Positions 18,832 through 27,400 of a stretch of 64,000 nt of DNA are shown piece by piece. The notes under the pieces are model-generated. The model was not told the DNA's origin, made no database searches, and was given only the letters and a program-made list of their open reading frames with translations. The stretch comes from a virus. Location of the stretch: positions 471 through 64,470 of the IMG/VR virus record IMGVR_UViG_3300038379_000484; one strand, written 5' to 3'. A program made the translations under genes and the position numbers. How positions within the stretch are numbered: the first letter of the stretch is position 1; each line of letters starts with the position of its first letter.

Positions 18832-19031
18832 GCGAGCGCTACAACCTGAGCGTGCTGCTGTGCAAGAGGCACGGTGTTTACGCCGTTGCGCTCGACGACA
18901 CCAAGTACGGGCTCTCGATTCGGCTGACGCCGCAGAAGTGCTGTGGAAGCTGGGACGTCATTGCCGTCTGGGAGTTTTCCTCAGATCGGCTTCAGGAGAT
19001 CGCCGGCATCATCGCCGACCAAGTCGAATGA
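18828..19031 (+). CDS. hypothetical protein, 67 aa
   Basis: ATGA coupling on both sides. Confidence 0.55.
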   Translation: MSERYNLSVLLCKRHGVYAVALDDTKYGLSIRLTPQKCCGSWDVIAVWEFSSDRLQEIAGIIADQVE

Positions 19032-19330
19032 ACTACCGCTGCCAGCGCCTGCTCGACATGGCCGTGCACGCCCCGTTCTGCATGGGCTGCAAAGCCCCGA
19101 ACCTGGGCAACGTCGTCGCCGCGCATTCCAATCAGCTTCGCGATGGCAAGGGGAAATCGATCAAGGCCCACGACTACCGCATCGCCTACCTCTGCACGGC
19201 CTGCCACTTCGCCATCGATCAGGGGTCGTCGCTTTCCAAGGCGGAGCGGCGCGAGCTATGGGAGGCGGCGCACCGCCTCAGCATCGGCTGGCTGTTCGAG
19301 ACGGGCCGGGTGAAGCCTAGCGCCGGGTGA
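19028..19330 (+). CDS. DUF1364-like Zn-binding putative nuclease, 100 aa
   Basis: C..C...VVAAHSN...GKGKSIKAHD..IAYLC..CH..ID motif. Confidence 0.75.
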   Translation: MNYRCQRLLDMAVHAPFCMGCKAPNLGNVVAAHSNQLRDGKGKSIKAHDYRIAYLCTACHFAIDQGSSLSKAERRELWEAAHRLSIGWLFETGRVKPSAG

Positions 19331-19562
19331 CGAGGCGACGATCGCTGAGGAAGCGCTCGATGGCCAGAAACCGATTAGCTGGCGGCTGCTTGATCTGGCC
19401 GCCGGCGAAAGCCCGGAGCCAGCGCTCGGCGACGCCGTTCATTCCGGTGACGTCGATCCAGCATTCGGGGTGGTCCCTGAGCGCGAGCCTGATCTCCTCC
19501 ACGCGCGCGTTCGCCTGCACGGCAATCTGCTTGTTCGTGACCATAGCGGGCGATGGTTCCAT
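19317..19562 (-). CDS. candidate repressor/Cro-like HTH protein, ~75-81 aa
   Basis: Lone leftward gene divergent from an operator-bearing promoter; MNGVAERWLRAFAGGQIKQP resembles an XRE-type recognition helix. Confidence 0.5.
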   Translation of the reverse strand: MEPSPAMVTNKQIAVQANARVEEIRLALRDHPECWIDVTGMNGVAERWLRAFAGGQIKQPPANRFLAIERFLSDRRLVTRR

Positions 19563-19583
19563 GATCGTGCGCCGCAGTCAAAC

Positions 19584-19613
19584 TTGACAAGATCCTGTCG
19601 CGGGGTCTAGGAT
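19584..19613 (+). promoter_or_regulatory. sigma70 promoter with overlapping palindromic operator
   Basis: TTGACA(19584)-N18-TAGGAT(19608); operator GACAAGATCCTGTC at 19586-19599; SD GGAGGT before 19635. Confidence 0.7.
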
Positions 19614-19634
19614 TCGCGAAACAACGGAGGTGAG

Positions 19635-19862
19635 ATGAGCATCCTTACCATTTTCAAGGCAGAACACAGCGGCGACACCCCGCTGCTGATCGAGGCGCCG
19701 GAGATTTCGTTTGATGAGGAATCGGCGAGGCGGCAGCGTCTGATGCAGGACAAGCTGGAGTGGGCGAAGGTGTTGCTAGGCTCCCGCTATGTGCTGCATC
19801 CGTCGCGCAGGATCACGCGCGAGAACGCGCCGGTGCCGTTCATGCTGGAGAAGTCGAAGTGA
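19635..19862 (+). CDS. hypothetical protein, 75 aa
   Basis: Strong SD, first gene of the recombination operon. Confidence 0.65.
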   Translation: MSILTIFKAEHSGDTPLLIEAPEISFDEESARRQRLMQDKLEWAKVLLGSRYVLHPSRRITRENAPVPFMLEKSK

Positions 19863-20674
19863 GCGCGCCACTCGTCTACAAGGCCATCATCGACGTGATG
19901 CGTGAACTCGGCGTCGAGGGTATTGGCAAGGATCGGCGCAACAAGGAGCAAGGTTTCAACTTCCGCGGTGTCGAGGACATGATGAACGCGCTGACGCCGC
20001 TGCTGGTGAAGCACAACCTCCTCATCCTTCCCCACTTCGACACGCACGCCCACGTCGACAGGCTCTCCAAGAACGGCGGACACCTTTCCGATGTCTACTG
20101 TAGCGGCTGCTTCGACTTCGTCTCGGCTGTCGACGGTAGCTCGCATCGGGTGAAGACATTCGGCCAGGGTATGGACAGCGCCGACAAAGCCACGAACAAG
20201 GCGATGTCGGGCGCGTTCAAGTACGCGTGCTTCTTCGCGTTCTGCGTGCCCACTGAAGGTGTGATCGACGAAGGCGACTTCGACAGCCCGGATGTGAAGC
20301 CGGAGAAGCCGGAAAAGCCGGCGAAGCGCGATGCGCGTGGCCCCGAGGATCACGATCGCCGGCGCGAGCCCGCTGCAGACGATGGCCCTCCGCCTGAAGG
20401 GCGGTCCGTCAAGGGCAAGGCGAAGGCAACGCCGAAGCTGACGCCGCTCCCGGATGGCGAGGAGGAGCAGGGTCTGAACTGGCGCGTCGAGAACTGCTGG
20501 CCGCTACTGCTCTCCGATGTGGTGAGCGCGGAGGATACCGACACGCTGAAGCTCGCCTTCGGCACCGCCTACAAGTGGGCGAAGGCGCTCCCCAACGAGA
20601 ACATCGGTCGCAACCTGCTCGCGAACGTCACGGAGAAGTACGAGCAGAAGAAGAAGGAGATGGGAATTGGCTGA
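19859..20674 (+). CDS. erf: ERF-family ssDNA-annealing recombinase, 271 aa
   Basis: IGKDRRN..QGFNFRG.ED...ALTPLL.KH; GQGMDSADKA.NKAMS.A.KYA; GTGA-coupled start. Confidence 0.85.
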   Translation: MSAPLVYKAIIDVMRELGVEGIGKDRRNKEQGFNFRGVEDMMNALTPLLVKHNLLILPHFDTHAHVDRLSKNGGHLSDVYCSGCFDFVSAVDGSSHRVKTFGQGMDSADKATNKAMSGAFKYACFFAFCVPTEGVIDEGDFDSPDVKPEKPEKPAKRDARGPEDHDRRREPAADDGPPPEGRSVKGKAKATPKLTPLPDGEEEQGLNWRVENCWPLLLSDVVSAEDTDTLKLAFGTAYKWAKALPNENIGRNLLANVTEKYEQKKKEMGIG

Positions 20675-21239
20675 CAAGCTCATGGATGTGGCCGCGGAGT
20701 ACCGCGAGGCATTCGATCGTCTCAACGACATGGATCTCCCGGAGGCGGTGATCCGCGACACCCTCGAAGGGATGGCGGGCGCGATGGAGGTGAAGACGAC
20801 GTCGCTCGTCGGATTCGCCGAGCGCCTTGACGCATTCGCCGCCGTCATCAAGAAGCGAGCGGCGGAGATGTCGAAGCGACAGAAGGCGCTGGAGGCGAGG
20901 GCGGAGCGGATCCGCGCCTTCGTCTTCAACGCCATGAAGCTGGCGCAGATGAAGGTGATCGAGACGCCGGAGTTCAAGTTGCGGGTGAAGGCCGGCGTGA
21001 GCAAGGTCGTCATCGACGCCGAGTCGCAGATCCCGCCAGAGTACAAGCGCTTCCCGGATCCGCCCGCGCCTGAGATCGACAAGGCGAAGATCAAGGAGGT
21101 GCTGGAGGCTGGCGCGAAGGCCGAGGAGAAGTTCAAGGCTGGCGCCGCCATCACCGCGGAGGAAACGGCTGCGATCGAGGCGGCGAAAGCCATCACGTTC
21201 GCTCATCTCGAACAGGTCGAGTTCTTGGACGTGAGGTAG
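20667..21239 (+). CDS. Siphovirus Gp157-family protein, 190 aa
   Basis: DTLEG...EVK; coiled coil; V.I..E..IP.EY...P.P.IDK..IK..L..G. Confidence 0.85.
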   Translation: MADKLMDVAAEYREAFDRLNDMDLPEAVIRDTLEGMAGAMEVKTTSLVGFAERLDAFAAVIKKRAAEMSKRQKALEARAERIRAFVFNAMKLAQMKVIETPEFKLRVKAGVSKVVIDAESQIPPEYKRFPDPPAPEIDKAKIKEVLEAGAKAEEKFKAGAAITAEETAAIEAAKAITFAHLEQVEFLDVR

Positions 21240-21241
21240 TC

Positions 21242-21847
21242 ATGGCGACGATCAACAAAGTGTTCGTTCTCGGCAACGTCGGTAGAGACCCGGAGACGAG
21301 GTACATGGCGAACGGCGACGCCATCACCAACTTCAGCGTGGCCACCACGCGCCAGTGGAAGAACAAGGAGGGCGAGCGCGAGGAGGAGACGGAGTGGCAC
21401 CGCATCACCTGCTTCGGTCGCGCCGCCGAGATCGCCGGCGAGTACCTGAAGAAAGGCAGTCAGTGCCACGTCGAGGGGCGCCTGAAGACGCGCAAGTGGG
21501 TGGACAAGGACGGCAACGACCGCTACACCACCGAGATCATCTGCGAGCAGTTGACGCTGCTGTCGAAGAAGCAGGACGACGACGATCGGCGGCCGGCGAA
21601 GCGCGACCGCGACGACGACGATCGGCGGCCGGCTACCAAGCCCGCCACCAAGGGCAAGGGGCCGAAGGAGTTTCAGGACATGGAGGATGATATTCCATTC
21701 CTTTATAATACAAGTTCCGTTTTTTATGCTATGCTCACCGCTCCATCAACATCAGCGGAGCGGGCACGGCATGGCAGAGAAAGTGTGCGCGAGGTGCGGA
21801 GAACAAAAGCCGATCTCGGGGTTCTACCGGCACCCGAGAACCGCTGA
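21242..21847 (+). CDS. ssb: single-stranded DNA-binding protein with an extension beyond DDIPF
   Basis: INKV.V.GN.GRDPE.RY; TEWHRI..FG..AE...YLKKGSQ..VEGRL.TRKW; DDIPF followed by 48 more codons. Confidence 0.93.
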   Translation: MATINKVFVLGNVGRDPETRYMANGDAITNFSVATTRQWKNKEGEREEETEWHRITCFGRAAEIAGEYLKKGSQCHVEGRLKTRKWVDKDGNDRYTTEIICEQLTLLSKKQDDDDRRPAKRDRDDDDRRPATKPATKGKGPKEFQDMEDDIPFLYNTSSVFYAMLTAPSTSAERARHGRESVREVRRTKADLGVLPAPENR

Positions 21848-22238
21848 TGGCAGATTGGCTAACTGCAAGGCTTGCCACAGAGAGCTAGTCAAGGCGAACC
21901 GAGATGCAAACATCGAGCGCTATCGAGAGTATGACCGTAAGCGCGCAGATCTCCCGCACCGTGTAGAGGCCAGGATTGAATACGCCGCCACTGACCGTGG
22001 GCGCGAGCGAACAACCGAGGCGAAGCGCGCGTGGATCGCGCGAAACAAAGACCGCCGCGCCGCGCACGTCATCCTCAACAACGCCATCAAGTCCGGGCGC
22101 GTCAAGCGCCATCCGTGCGAGGTCTGCGGCGCCACACGCTCCCACGCTCACCATGACGACTACGCGCAGCCGCTGGAGGTGAGGTGGTTGTGCGCCACCC
22201 ACCATTCGTTGTTGCATAAAACAGAGAGGAGAAGCTGA
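21771..22238 (+). CDS. HNH homing-endonuclease-like protein with N-terminal Zn ribbon, 155 aa
   Basis: CARC...FY......CKAC; CEVCG...[21 protein letters not shown]. Confidence 0.85.
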   Translation: MAEKVCARCGEQKPISGFYRHPRTADGRLANCKACHRELVKANRDANIERYREYDRKRADLPHRVEARIEYAATDRGRERTTEAKRAWIARNKDRRAAHVILNNAIKSGRVKRHPCEVCGATRSHAHHDDYAQPLEVRWLCATHHSLLHKTERRS

Positions 22239-22456
22239 TGCCACAGATCAACGACGAAACGCTCAACCACGTCTTCAGCTACCACCAGCCGAAGGGGGAT
22301 CAGACGACCCGCTACTTCGAGGTGCGCAACGCCGCTCGCGCGTTCGCAGCGGAGATTCTTCGCCGTTGCCCGGAGTCGCCGGAGCGCACGCTGGCTCTGC
22401 GCGACGTCCAGCGCGCGGTGATGATGGCGAACGCGGCCATTGCCCTCAACGAGTAG
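22238..22456 (+). CDS. putative immune-signal sponge (Acb2/Tad1-hairpin, DUF7681-like), 72 aa
   Basis: F.YH.P...Q..RY..VR..AR.FA..I...CP.SPERTLALR..Q.A.M.ANAAIA.N pattern; SD AGGAG. Confidence 0.65.
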   Translation: MPQINDETLNHVFSYHQPKGDQTTRYFEVRNAARAFAAEILRRCPESPERTLALRDVQRAVMMANAAIALNE

Positions 22457-22465
22457 GAGAAGACT

Positions 22466-22969
22466 ATGAGCGAGTTCAGGCGCGGAGATCGGGTGCGTCG
22501 CATCAATTTGGCGCTCAGGGGAGTCGGCATCGGCGCTGTCGGGACCGTGGTGAGCGTCGAGCCGCCGCCATACGGGATCAGGGTGCTCTACGACGACGCG
22601 CGCTCCTTGCAGCCGGACGGAGCCTACAAGCAGTTGTCGAAGAACATCGAGCACTGCGATTCGATGCGTCGAGACGACGTTGCCGATGCAGCGGTCGCCA
22701 AACCTCCGCTTGGTCCCAACATCGGCATGTTCCTCCGCGACGGCATGAGCACGGCTGCGGCGAAGCTCGCACACGCCAGCCTCGCCGGGGACCACCTCAC
22801 GCCCAAGCCAGTGGAGAGGAAAGTGAGGGCGTGCCTCCCCGCTGAGACGCGCGGGACGCTGCACAAGGCGCCGCGGCAGTGGGGCGCGCTCAACATCGCC
22901 ATCGGCATCCCCAGCAGCCATCACGTGATGTGGGGCGTTGCCGATCTTCTTGGGTGGGGCGGCAAGTGA
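22466..22969 (+). CDS. hypothetical protein with SH3/KOW-like N-terminus, 167 aa
   Basis: F.RGDRVR...GTVV.V pattern; SD AGGAG. Confidence 0.55.
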   Translation: MSEFRRGDRVRRINLALRGVGIGAVGTVVSVEPPPYGIRVLYDDARSLQPDGAYKQLSKNIEHCDSMRRDDVADAAVAKPPLGPNIGMFLRDGMSTAAAKLAHASLAGDHLTPKPVERKVRACLPAETRGTLHKAPRQWGALNIAIGIPSSHHVMWGVADLLGWGGK

Positions 22970-23157
22970 TCCTTGCCATCTCGAAGCTGAAGAACCCGGT
23001 GGACTGGCACCGCTGGTTCGCGTGGTATCCGGTGCGCGTCACCGCCGACTACGTGGTCTGGCTGGAGTTCGTCGAGCGCGCGCGCATGCGCTGGCACTCG
23101 GAATGGATCTATCGCTTCACGGATGCGCAGCTTGGGAGGGTGAGGGCACCGTTCTGA
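22966..23157 (+). CDS. Trp-rich hypothetical protein, 63 aa
   Basis: WHRWFAWYPVR...VWLE.VER motif common in phage small proteins; GTGA coupling. Confidence 0.6.
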   Translation: MILAISKLKNPVDWHRWFAWYPVRVTADYVVWLEFVERARMRWHSEWIYRFTDAQLGRVRAPF

Positions 23158-23161
23158 CCAC

Positions 23162-23197
23162 TTGACAGGATCCTGCAAATGGTGTCAGGATCCTGAT
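23162..23197 (+). promoter_or_regulatory. promoter with two tandem CAGGATCCTG operators
   Basis: TTGACA at 23162; palindromic cores at 23166-23175 and 23186-23195, 20 bp apart. Confidence 0.7.
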
Positions 23198-23264
23198 TGT
23201 GGGTATCGCCGGTCATGCGCCAAGCCGGCTAGATCTCTGGGCGCGTTTTATAGGAGAAGAAACA

Positions 23265-23654
23265 ATGAAGCTGAAGCTCTTTGCCGCGCTTGTCGCGGTT
23301 ATCTTCGCCGGCGCAGCCGCAGCCGGTGGCAGCACCAGCGTTAGCGCTTCGGGCGCAGCGGCCGGCGCGGTCTCGTCGAGCAGCACCGTTGCCGCGGCCA
23401 GCGTCAGTGGCCCGGGAACCGCTGTCGCCGGCGCGGTCGACATCAGCGGCGCCTCCGCGGTTGCCGCGCAGTCGCATCACGGTAGCTTCGCCGCGACCAA
23501 CGCGCACAGCTTTGGCGCGAGCGGCGCCTACGCGACGGGGCCGGGGAAAGCGCATGCGTTCGCCGCCGAAGACAGCTTCGCCGCTGGCGGCGCGAAGGCG
23601 TGGCGCTTCGATTACCGCACGGGCGGCTACGGTCACGGCTACAACCGCGACTAA
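23265..23654 (+). CDS. exported Ala/Ser/Gly-rich protein, 129 aa
   Basis: SD AGGAG; Sec signal MKLKLFAALVAVIFAGAAAA; small-residue beta-rich mature part. Confidence 0.75.
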   Translation: MKLKLFAALVAVIFAGAAAAGGSTSVSASGAAAGAVSSSSTVAAASVSGPGTAVAGAVDISGASAVAAQSHHGSFAATNAHSFGASGAYATGPGKAHAFAAEDSFAAGGAKAWRFDYRTGGYGHGYNRD

Positions 23655-23686
23655 ACCGGCGTCTCAACGAACCTGAGGAGCACTAC

Positions 23687-24577
23687 ATGAAGAAACTCAT
23701 CATCGCGGCCATCGCGCTCGCCTTCGCAGGCGCTGCGGCCGCTCAGGGTGGCCCCGGCTCGGGGCAGTACGGCAACCAGAACCAGCACCAGAACAACAAC
23801 ACGCCTAACGGCAACAACGGCAACAACGGCCAGAACGGCGGCGGTGGCGGCGGTGGCGGCGGTGGCGGCGCGCAGCAGGGGCAGGCGCAGGGCCAGCTTC
23901 AAGGGCAGGCTCAGGGCCAACTGCAGGGGCAGGCGCAGGGACAGGCGCAGATCGGGATCAACAAGAACACGAACGTCAACACGAACGTCGGCGTGAACGA
24001 GCAAGCGCAGCGCCAGTCGTCGACCAACGTCAACGTGAACGACAACAAGGCGATCAGCGGCAGCAATTCCGCTTCGGTGTCGGGCGCGAAGGCGTCGAAC
24101 GACGGCAACGCGCAGTCGGTGCAGATCAACACCTACAACCCCGGCGAGATCCATTACTCGGGCGGCTACGACGTGCGCTCGGCGCCGGCTATCGCCATCG
24201 GCGGTCCGGCCTCCGGCCCGTGTAACGGGGCGAGCGGTGGTGTCGGCCTGTCGGTGATGGGCGGCGGCGGGATGTTCAATTTCTCGAAGGTGGACGAGGG
24301 CTGCGAGGAGCGCGAGACGGCGCGGATGCTGCACATGATCGGCAAGACGCAAGACGCCGATGCGCTGCTCAAGTCTGGCGACGTGTGGCAGCGTCACCTG
24401 AAGCGTCAGCAGGAGCAGCAGGCCGCGACGAAGAAGGCCGAAGCTCCGGCGCCTGTCGCGGTCAAGACGGCGGCGACGCCGGCAGCGTCCGCGCAGACTG
24501 CTGCCGTGAAGATGCCCACCGACTGCGTCAGCGATGAGTTCATCGCTCGCCGCATGGGCGCGGCCGTCTGCAAGTGA
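23687..24577 (+). CDS. exported Gln/Gly/Asn-rich repeat protein, 296 aa
   Basis: SD GAGGAG; Sec signal; NGNN, poly-Gly and (QGQx)n repeats; C-terminal APAIA...C...D.GCE.RE.ARML domain. Confidence 0.8.
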   Translation: MKKLIIAAIALAFAGAAAAQGGPGSGQYGNQNQHQNNNTPNGNNGNNGQNGGGGGGGGGGGAQQGQAQGQLQGQAQGQLQGQAQGQAQIGINKNTNVNTNVGVNEQAQRQSSTNVNVNDNKAISGSNSASVSGAKASNDGNAQSVQINTYNPGEIHYSGGYDVRSAPAIAIGGPASGPCNGASGGVGLSVMGGGGMFNFSKVDEGCEERETARMLHMIGKTQDADALLKSGDVWQRHLKRQQEQQAATKKAEAPAPVAVKTAATPAASAQTAAVKMPTDCVSDEFIARRMGAAVCK

Positions 24578-24630
24578 TGTAACCTGAGTCGCCGGCGGCG
24601 TCTGCTGCCGGCTACTCGTCAGGAGGAACG

Positions 24631-24909
24631 ATGAGAAAGATGCAGCCAGTCAGCCCGCTCAACATTCTGCTCATGGTCACGGTCGCGATCCTGATCGTGA
24701 TCTCACCCTTCGTGGGTGCGCAGGAGACCTGTTGGGCGTGGGGCGGAGGCAGCGGTAGCTCGCAGGGGCAGTTCGTGAAGTGCCCGGCGCAGCCGCCCAC
24801 CGTCATCACCGTGACCAAGACCGAAGTTCGTGAGGTCAAGGTTCCGGTGCCGGTGGTCGTTCCTGCGCCAGCGCAAGCCCCTGCGCCAGCGCCGAAGATC
24901 CGCAACTGA
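24631..24909 (+). CDS. membrane-anchored/exported Pro-rich protein, 92 aa
   Basis: SD GGAGG; N-terminal hydrophobic helix; Cys pair; PAP tail. Confidence 0.65.
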   Translation: MRKMQPVSPLNILLMVTVAILIVISPFVGAQETCWAWGGGSGSSQGQFVKCPAQPPTVITVTKTEVREVKVPVPVVVPAPAQAPAPAPKIRN

Positions 24910-25253
24910 TGCCTGAGCGCGTTCGCGAGAGCGCGCTCTCACATCGGAGAGGGGTGATGCCGGGCACCAACGCAGGAACGGGCCACAGGCTGCGGCCGCG
25001 CTGCTACTACTGCGCGCAGAGTAGCCGTCCGCAGCCTAAGGGATACGTGCTGCGCGTGACAGGGCGCCGCCGCTACAGGCCGAGCTACAACGGCGCGAGC
25101 CGGCGCACCGACGTTTTCTGGCAGTACGAGGTGAGGTGCGAAGACTGCGGGAAGACTGGCTGGAGTCGTCATGTAGAGATCGGCCGCAAGTGGACATCGC
25201 ACGTAATTGCCGGGCGCCAGGGCGTGAAGACGACCGGTGGCAAGAAGCGATGA
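24909..25253 (+). CDS. Zn-binding hypothetical protein (start uncertain)
   Basis: CYYC and CEDC motifs; TGATG coupling. Confidence 0.5.
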   Translation: MPERVRESALSHRRGVMPGTNAGTGHRLRPRCYYCAQSSRPQPKGYVLRVTGRRRYRPSYNGASRRTDVFWQYEVRCEDCGKTGWSRHVEIGRKWTSHVIAGRQGVKTTGGKKR

Positions 25254-25447
25254 GGACGCTGGCAATCGTTGGACTTCTGCCGCTGTTCCTGTGTGGCTGT
25301 TCTCCGGTGACTGCCCCACAAGTCGAGGCCGCGATTCAGGCTTGCGCCTGCAACGGCGGCGTCTCGTATCACAGCGTCACTGGAGATTACAGGAAGTTCG
25401 AGGCCCGCTGCCTCAACGGCGTCAGCGTGAGCGGGCCATTGAAATGA
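25250..25447 (+). CDS. small lipoprotein, 65 aa
   Basis: MRTLAIVGLLPLFLCGC lipobox; ATGA coupling. Confidence 0.65.
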   Translation: MRTLAIVGLLPLFLCGCSPVTAPQVEAAIQACACNGGVSYHSVTGDYRKFEARCLNGVSVSGPLK

Positions 25448-25477
25448 AACGCACGGCGCAATGACGGATAGCAAGAA

Positions 25478-25810
25478 GTGATCGAGGTCATTCTCGCCTC
25501 CGCGGTTCTCTGCTTCGCCGACGCCTGCTATCCAGCGCTGGTGGGGCGTGACACGCCCACGGGGGAGTTCAGGCTGAGGCTGCTGTCGACGCCTCAGCGC
25601 GCGTACAGAGGCGACGTGCTCGCCTTCCACGAGGATCGAGCCGGGATTTACGCGGTGCACCGCCCACCGTCAGAGCGACGCCGGAATATCCTTATGGGGG
25701 CGCCCGAGCGTGGCAGGCGGTATGTCACCGATGGCTGCGTCAACGTCGACGACGCCGTCTACGATAGGCTGAGATCGTGCTGCGACGGGCAGCGGATCAT
25801 CATCCGATGA
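25478..25810 (+). CDS. YkuD-like L,D-transpeptidase-domain protein, 110 aa
   Basis: YPALVGRDTPTGEF, AVHR, TDGCVNV motifs. Confidence 0.7.
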   Translation: MIEVILASAVLCFADACYPALVGRDTPTGEFRLRLLSTPQRAYRGDVLAFHEDRAGIYAVHRPPSERRRNILMGAPERGRRYVTDGCVNVDDAVYDRLRSCCDGQRIIIR

Positions 25811-25858
25811 GCAGGACTCCGGCGGCCTTCACCTCCCCAACCAGCCGCGGGAGCTTCT

Positions 25859-25887
25859 GGGGGCGGCTGACTGCCCCCATTTTTTTT
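25859..25887 (+). terminator. Rho-independent terminator
   Basis: GGGGGCGG-CTGA-CTGCCCCC hairpin followed by A and T8. Confidence 0.85.
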
Positions 25888-25897
25888 GGAGACGACG

Positions 25898-26206
25898 ATG
25901 GCAGACCTGAAGGAACCGCGCTACCCCGGAGATCGATTGGCATTCGAGGCCACGCCTTCAGAGCGTGAGTCGCGGCTGTTGCGTAGCAACGAGGAGACCG
26001 TTGCCGACAACTGGCAGCACCGCAGCCAGCGCATGCGCTGCAAAACCTGCATGTACTTCGTGCCGAAACTGCCGACACAAGCGGTCCCTGGTACTGGCTA
26101 CGACGTTGGCCGCTGCCGTCGCCACGCGCCGACGATGTCGGGGTGGCCGGCGATGTTCGTCAACGACTGGTGCGGCGACCACAAGATCGACGAGTCGAAG
26201 ATCTGA
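25898..26206 (+). CDS. Cys-cluster hypothetical protein, 102 aa
   Basis: CKTCMYF...G.CRRHAP...WP.....WCGDH motif. Confidence 0.65.
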   Translation: MADLKEPRYPGDRLAFEATPSERESRLLRSNEETVADNWQHRSQRMRCKTCMYFVPKLPTQAVPGTGYDVGRCRRHAPTMSGWPAMFVNDWCGDHKIDESKI

Positions 26207-26409
26207 TGTCAGCTTCTGCCGGTTTCAGGATCTGGGGATACTCGCCAGACCTCCTCGACGAGCGTGGCATGCCCTATGACTACGCTAGACCTCGTGTGCT
26301 GACGCCGCCGTTCGCCGGTGAGCGGAACGCCAAGGAGTTCGCGGAGGAGTTGAAAAAGAATGGCTACATCGTCGAGAAGATAGAGTGGTATGTCCCACCA
26401 AAAAAGTAA
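26206..26409 (+). CDS. hypothetical protein, 67 aa
   Basis: TGATG coupling. Confidence 0.5.
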   Translation: MSASAGFRIWGYSPDLLDERGMPYDYARPRVLTPPFAGERNAKEFAEELKKNGYIVEKIEWYVPPKK

Positions 26410-26620
26410 GCACGAGCACATTCGCGAGATCATCACGGCAAAGGGCGATGACGCCGTCACCATCAGCCCATCGCCGGTGTTGAGGTGGCAGCGGCGTAGC
26501 CCAGATCCAGGTGAGGCGGGCATGTTTTTAGACGGCAAGAGGCTGGTGCTGCAGCAGGCGTGGATCGACAACAGCGGCGGCGTGCATTGGCGAGACGTCC
26601 CGATCGCGGATGGCGCATGA
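26390..26620 (+). CDS. hypothetical protein, 76 aa
   Basis: VLRW...LQQAW...WRDVP motif seen in phage small proteins. Confidence 0.55.
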   Translation: MSHQKSKHEHIREIITAKGDDAVTISPSPVLRWQRRSPDPGEAGMFLDGKRLVLQQAWIDNSGGVHWRDVPIADGA

Positions 26621-26901
26621 TGGACACTGGAAGCCTCACGCCGAAGGCAGAAGACGTCGTCGAGGCGATGCGCTTCACCGGCAACTTCGGTCAGCCCGAT
26701 GGATTCGGATCGGTGCTGAAGGTCGAGGTGAGGCAGAGCGGGAGCGCCGCGCTGACTCTGGTGTGGCGGGACGACGCGACCGGTCGTGATATGCAGTGGT
26801 CGGTGATGCTGACCGACGATCAGCGCCGGGCGCTGGGCCAGTTCATTGGCCGCTACCAGCCGCGGCTGTGGGAACGCGTGGTAGAGCCTGCGCCGTTCTA
26901 A
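26617..26901 (+). CDS. hypothetical protein, 94 aa
   Basis: ATGA coupling. Confidence 0.5.
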   Translation: MMDTGSLTPKAEDVVEAMRFTGNFGQPDGFGSVLKVEVRQSGSAALTLVWRDDATGRDMQWSVMLTDDQRRALGQFIGRYQPRLWERVVEPAPF

Positions 26902-27386
26902 ACGACGACGTCGGGTATGCGCTCGCCAGCCCTGATCGCCTCGATCGACAAGCCGGCGCTGTAGTGGAAATGCCCCCACTCGCGCTGTCCGGTGTCGAGC
27001 TTGTGGTCGGATCCTTGCCTGAGGTTGATGCTGCGGTCTCTGGCGATGGTGCGGATCACGCGCCAGCACCTGTTCCAATCCGGCTGCGAGAAGCGAATGA
27101 CGACCCGCGACTTGATGATGGGCCAGACGTCGAAGGCGAGGCCGAAGTGGTGGTAGCTGAATCCTGGTGGGTTATCGGTGGCGACATGCCCCATCGGCAG
27201 CGAGGTGTGAACGTCAGCGCCCTGCTCTGTGCGGCCAATAGCGTAGCGCTCCGCCTGAAACTCCTCGTCGCGCAGCGTCGACAACACGATCAGTTCGATC
27301 CCCTCCAAGGCGCAGGTGCCGATGAGACGGGATGCCTTCGCCGCAACGAGTGGGTGTAGATCCTGCAGGCTGCGGCTGTTCTTCAC
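26898..27386 (-). CDS. M15-family (L-Ala-D-Glu) peptidoglycan peptidase, 162 aa
   Basis: SRSLQDLHP, STLRD.EFQ..RY..GRT, SYHHFGLAFD, WGH Zn-ligand motifs. Confidence 0.85.
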   Translation of the reverse strand: MKNSRSLQDLHPLVAAKASRLIGTCALEGIELIVLSTLRDEEFQAERYAIGRTEQGADVHTSLPMGHVATDNPPGFSYHHFGLAFDVWPIIKSRVVIRFSQPDWNRCWRVIRTIARDRSINLRQGSDHKLDTGQREWGHFHYSAGLSIEAIRAGERIPDVVV

Positions 27387-27400
27387 AACGGGATTATGAC

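Noticed and set aside
21576-21635. Duplicated GACGACGACGATCGGCGGCCGGC in ssb
   Set aside because: Simple duplication in the disordered SSB linker (DDDDRRPA twice); ordinary.
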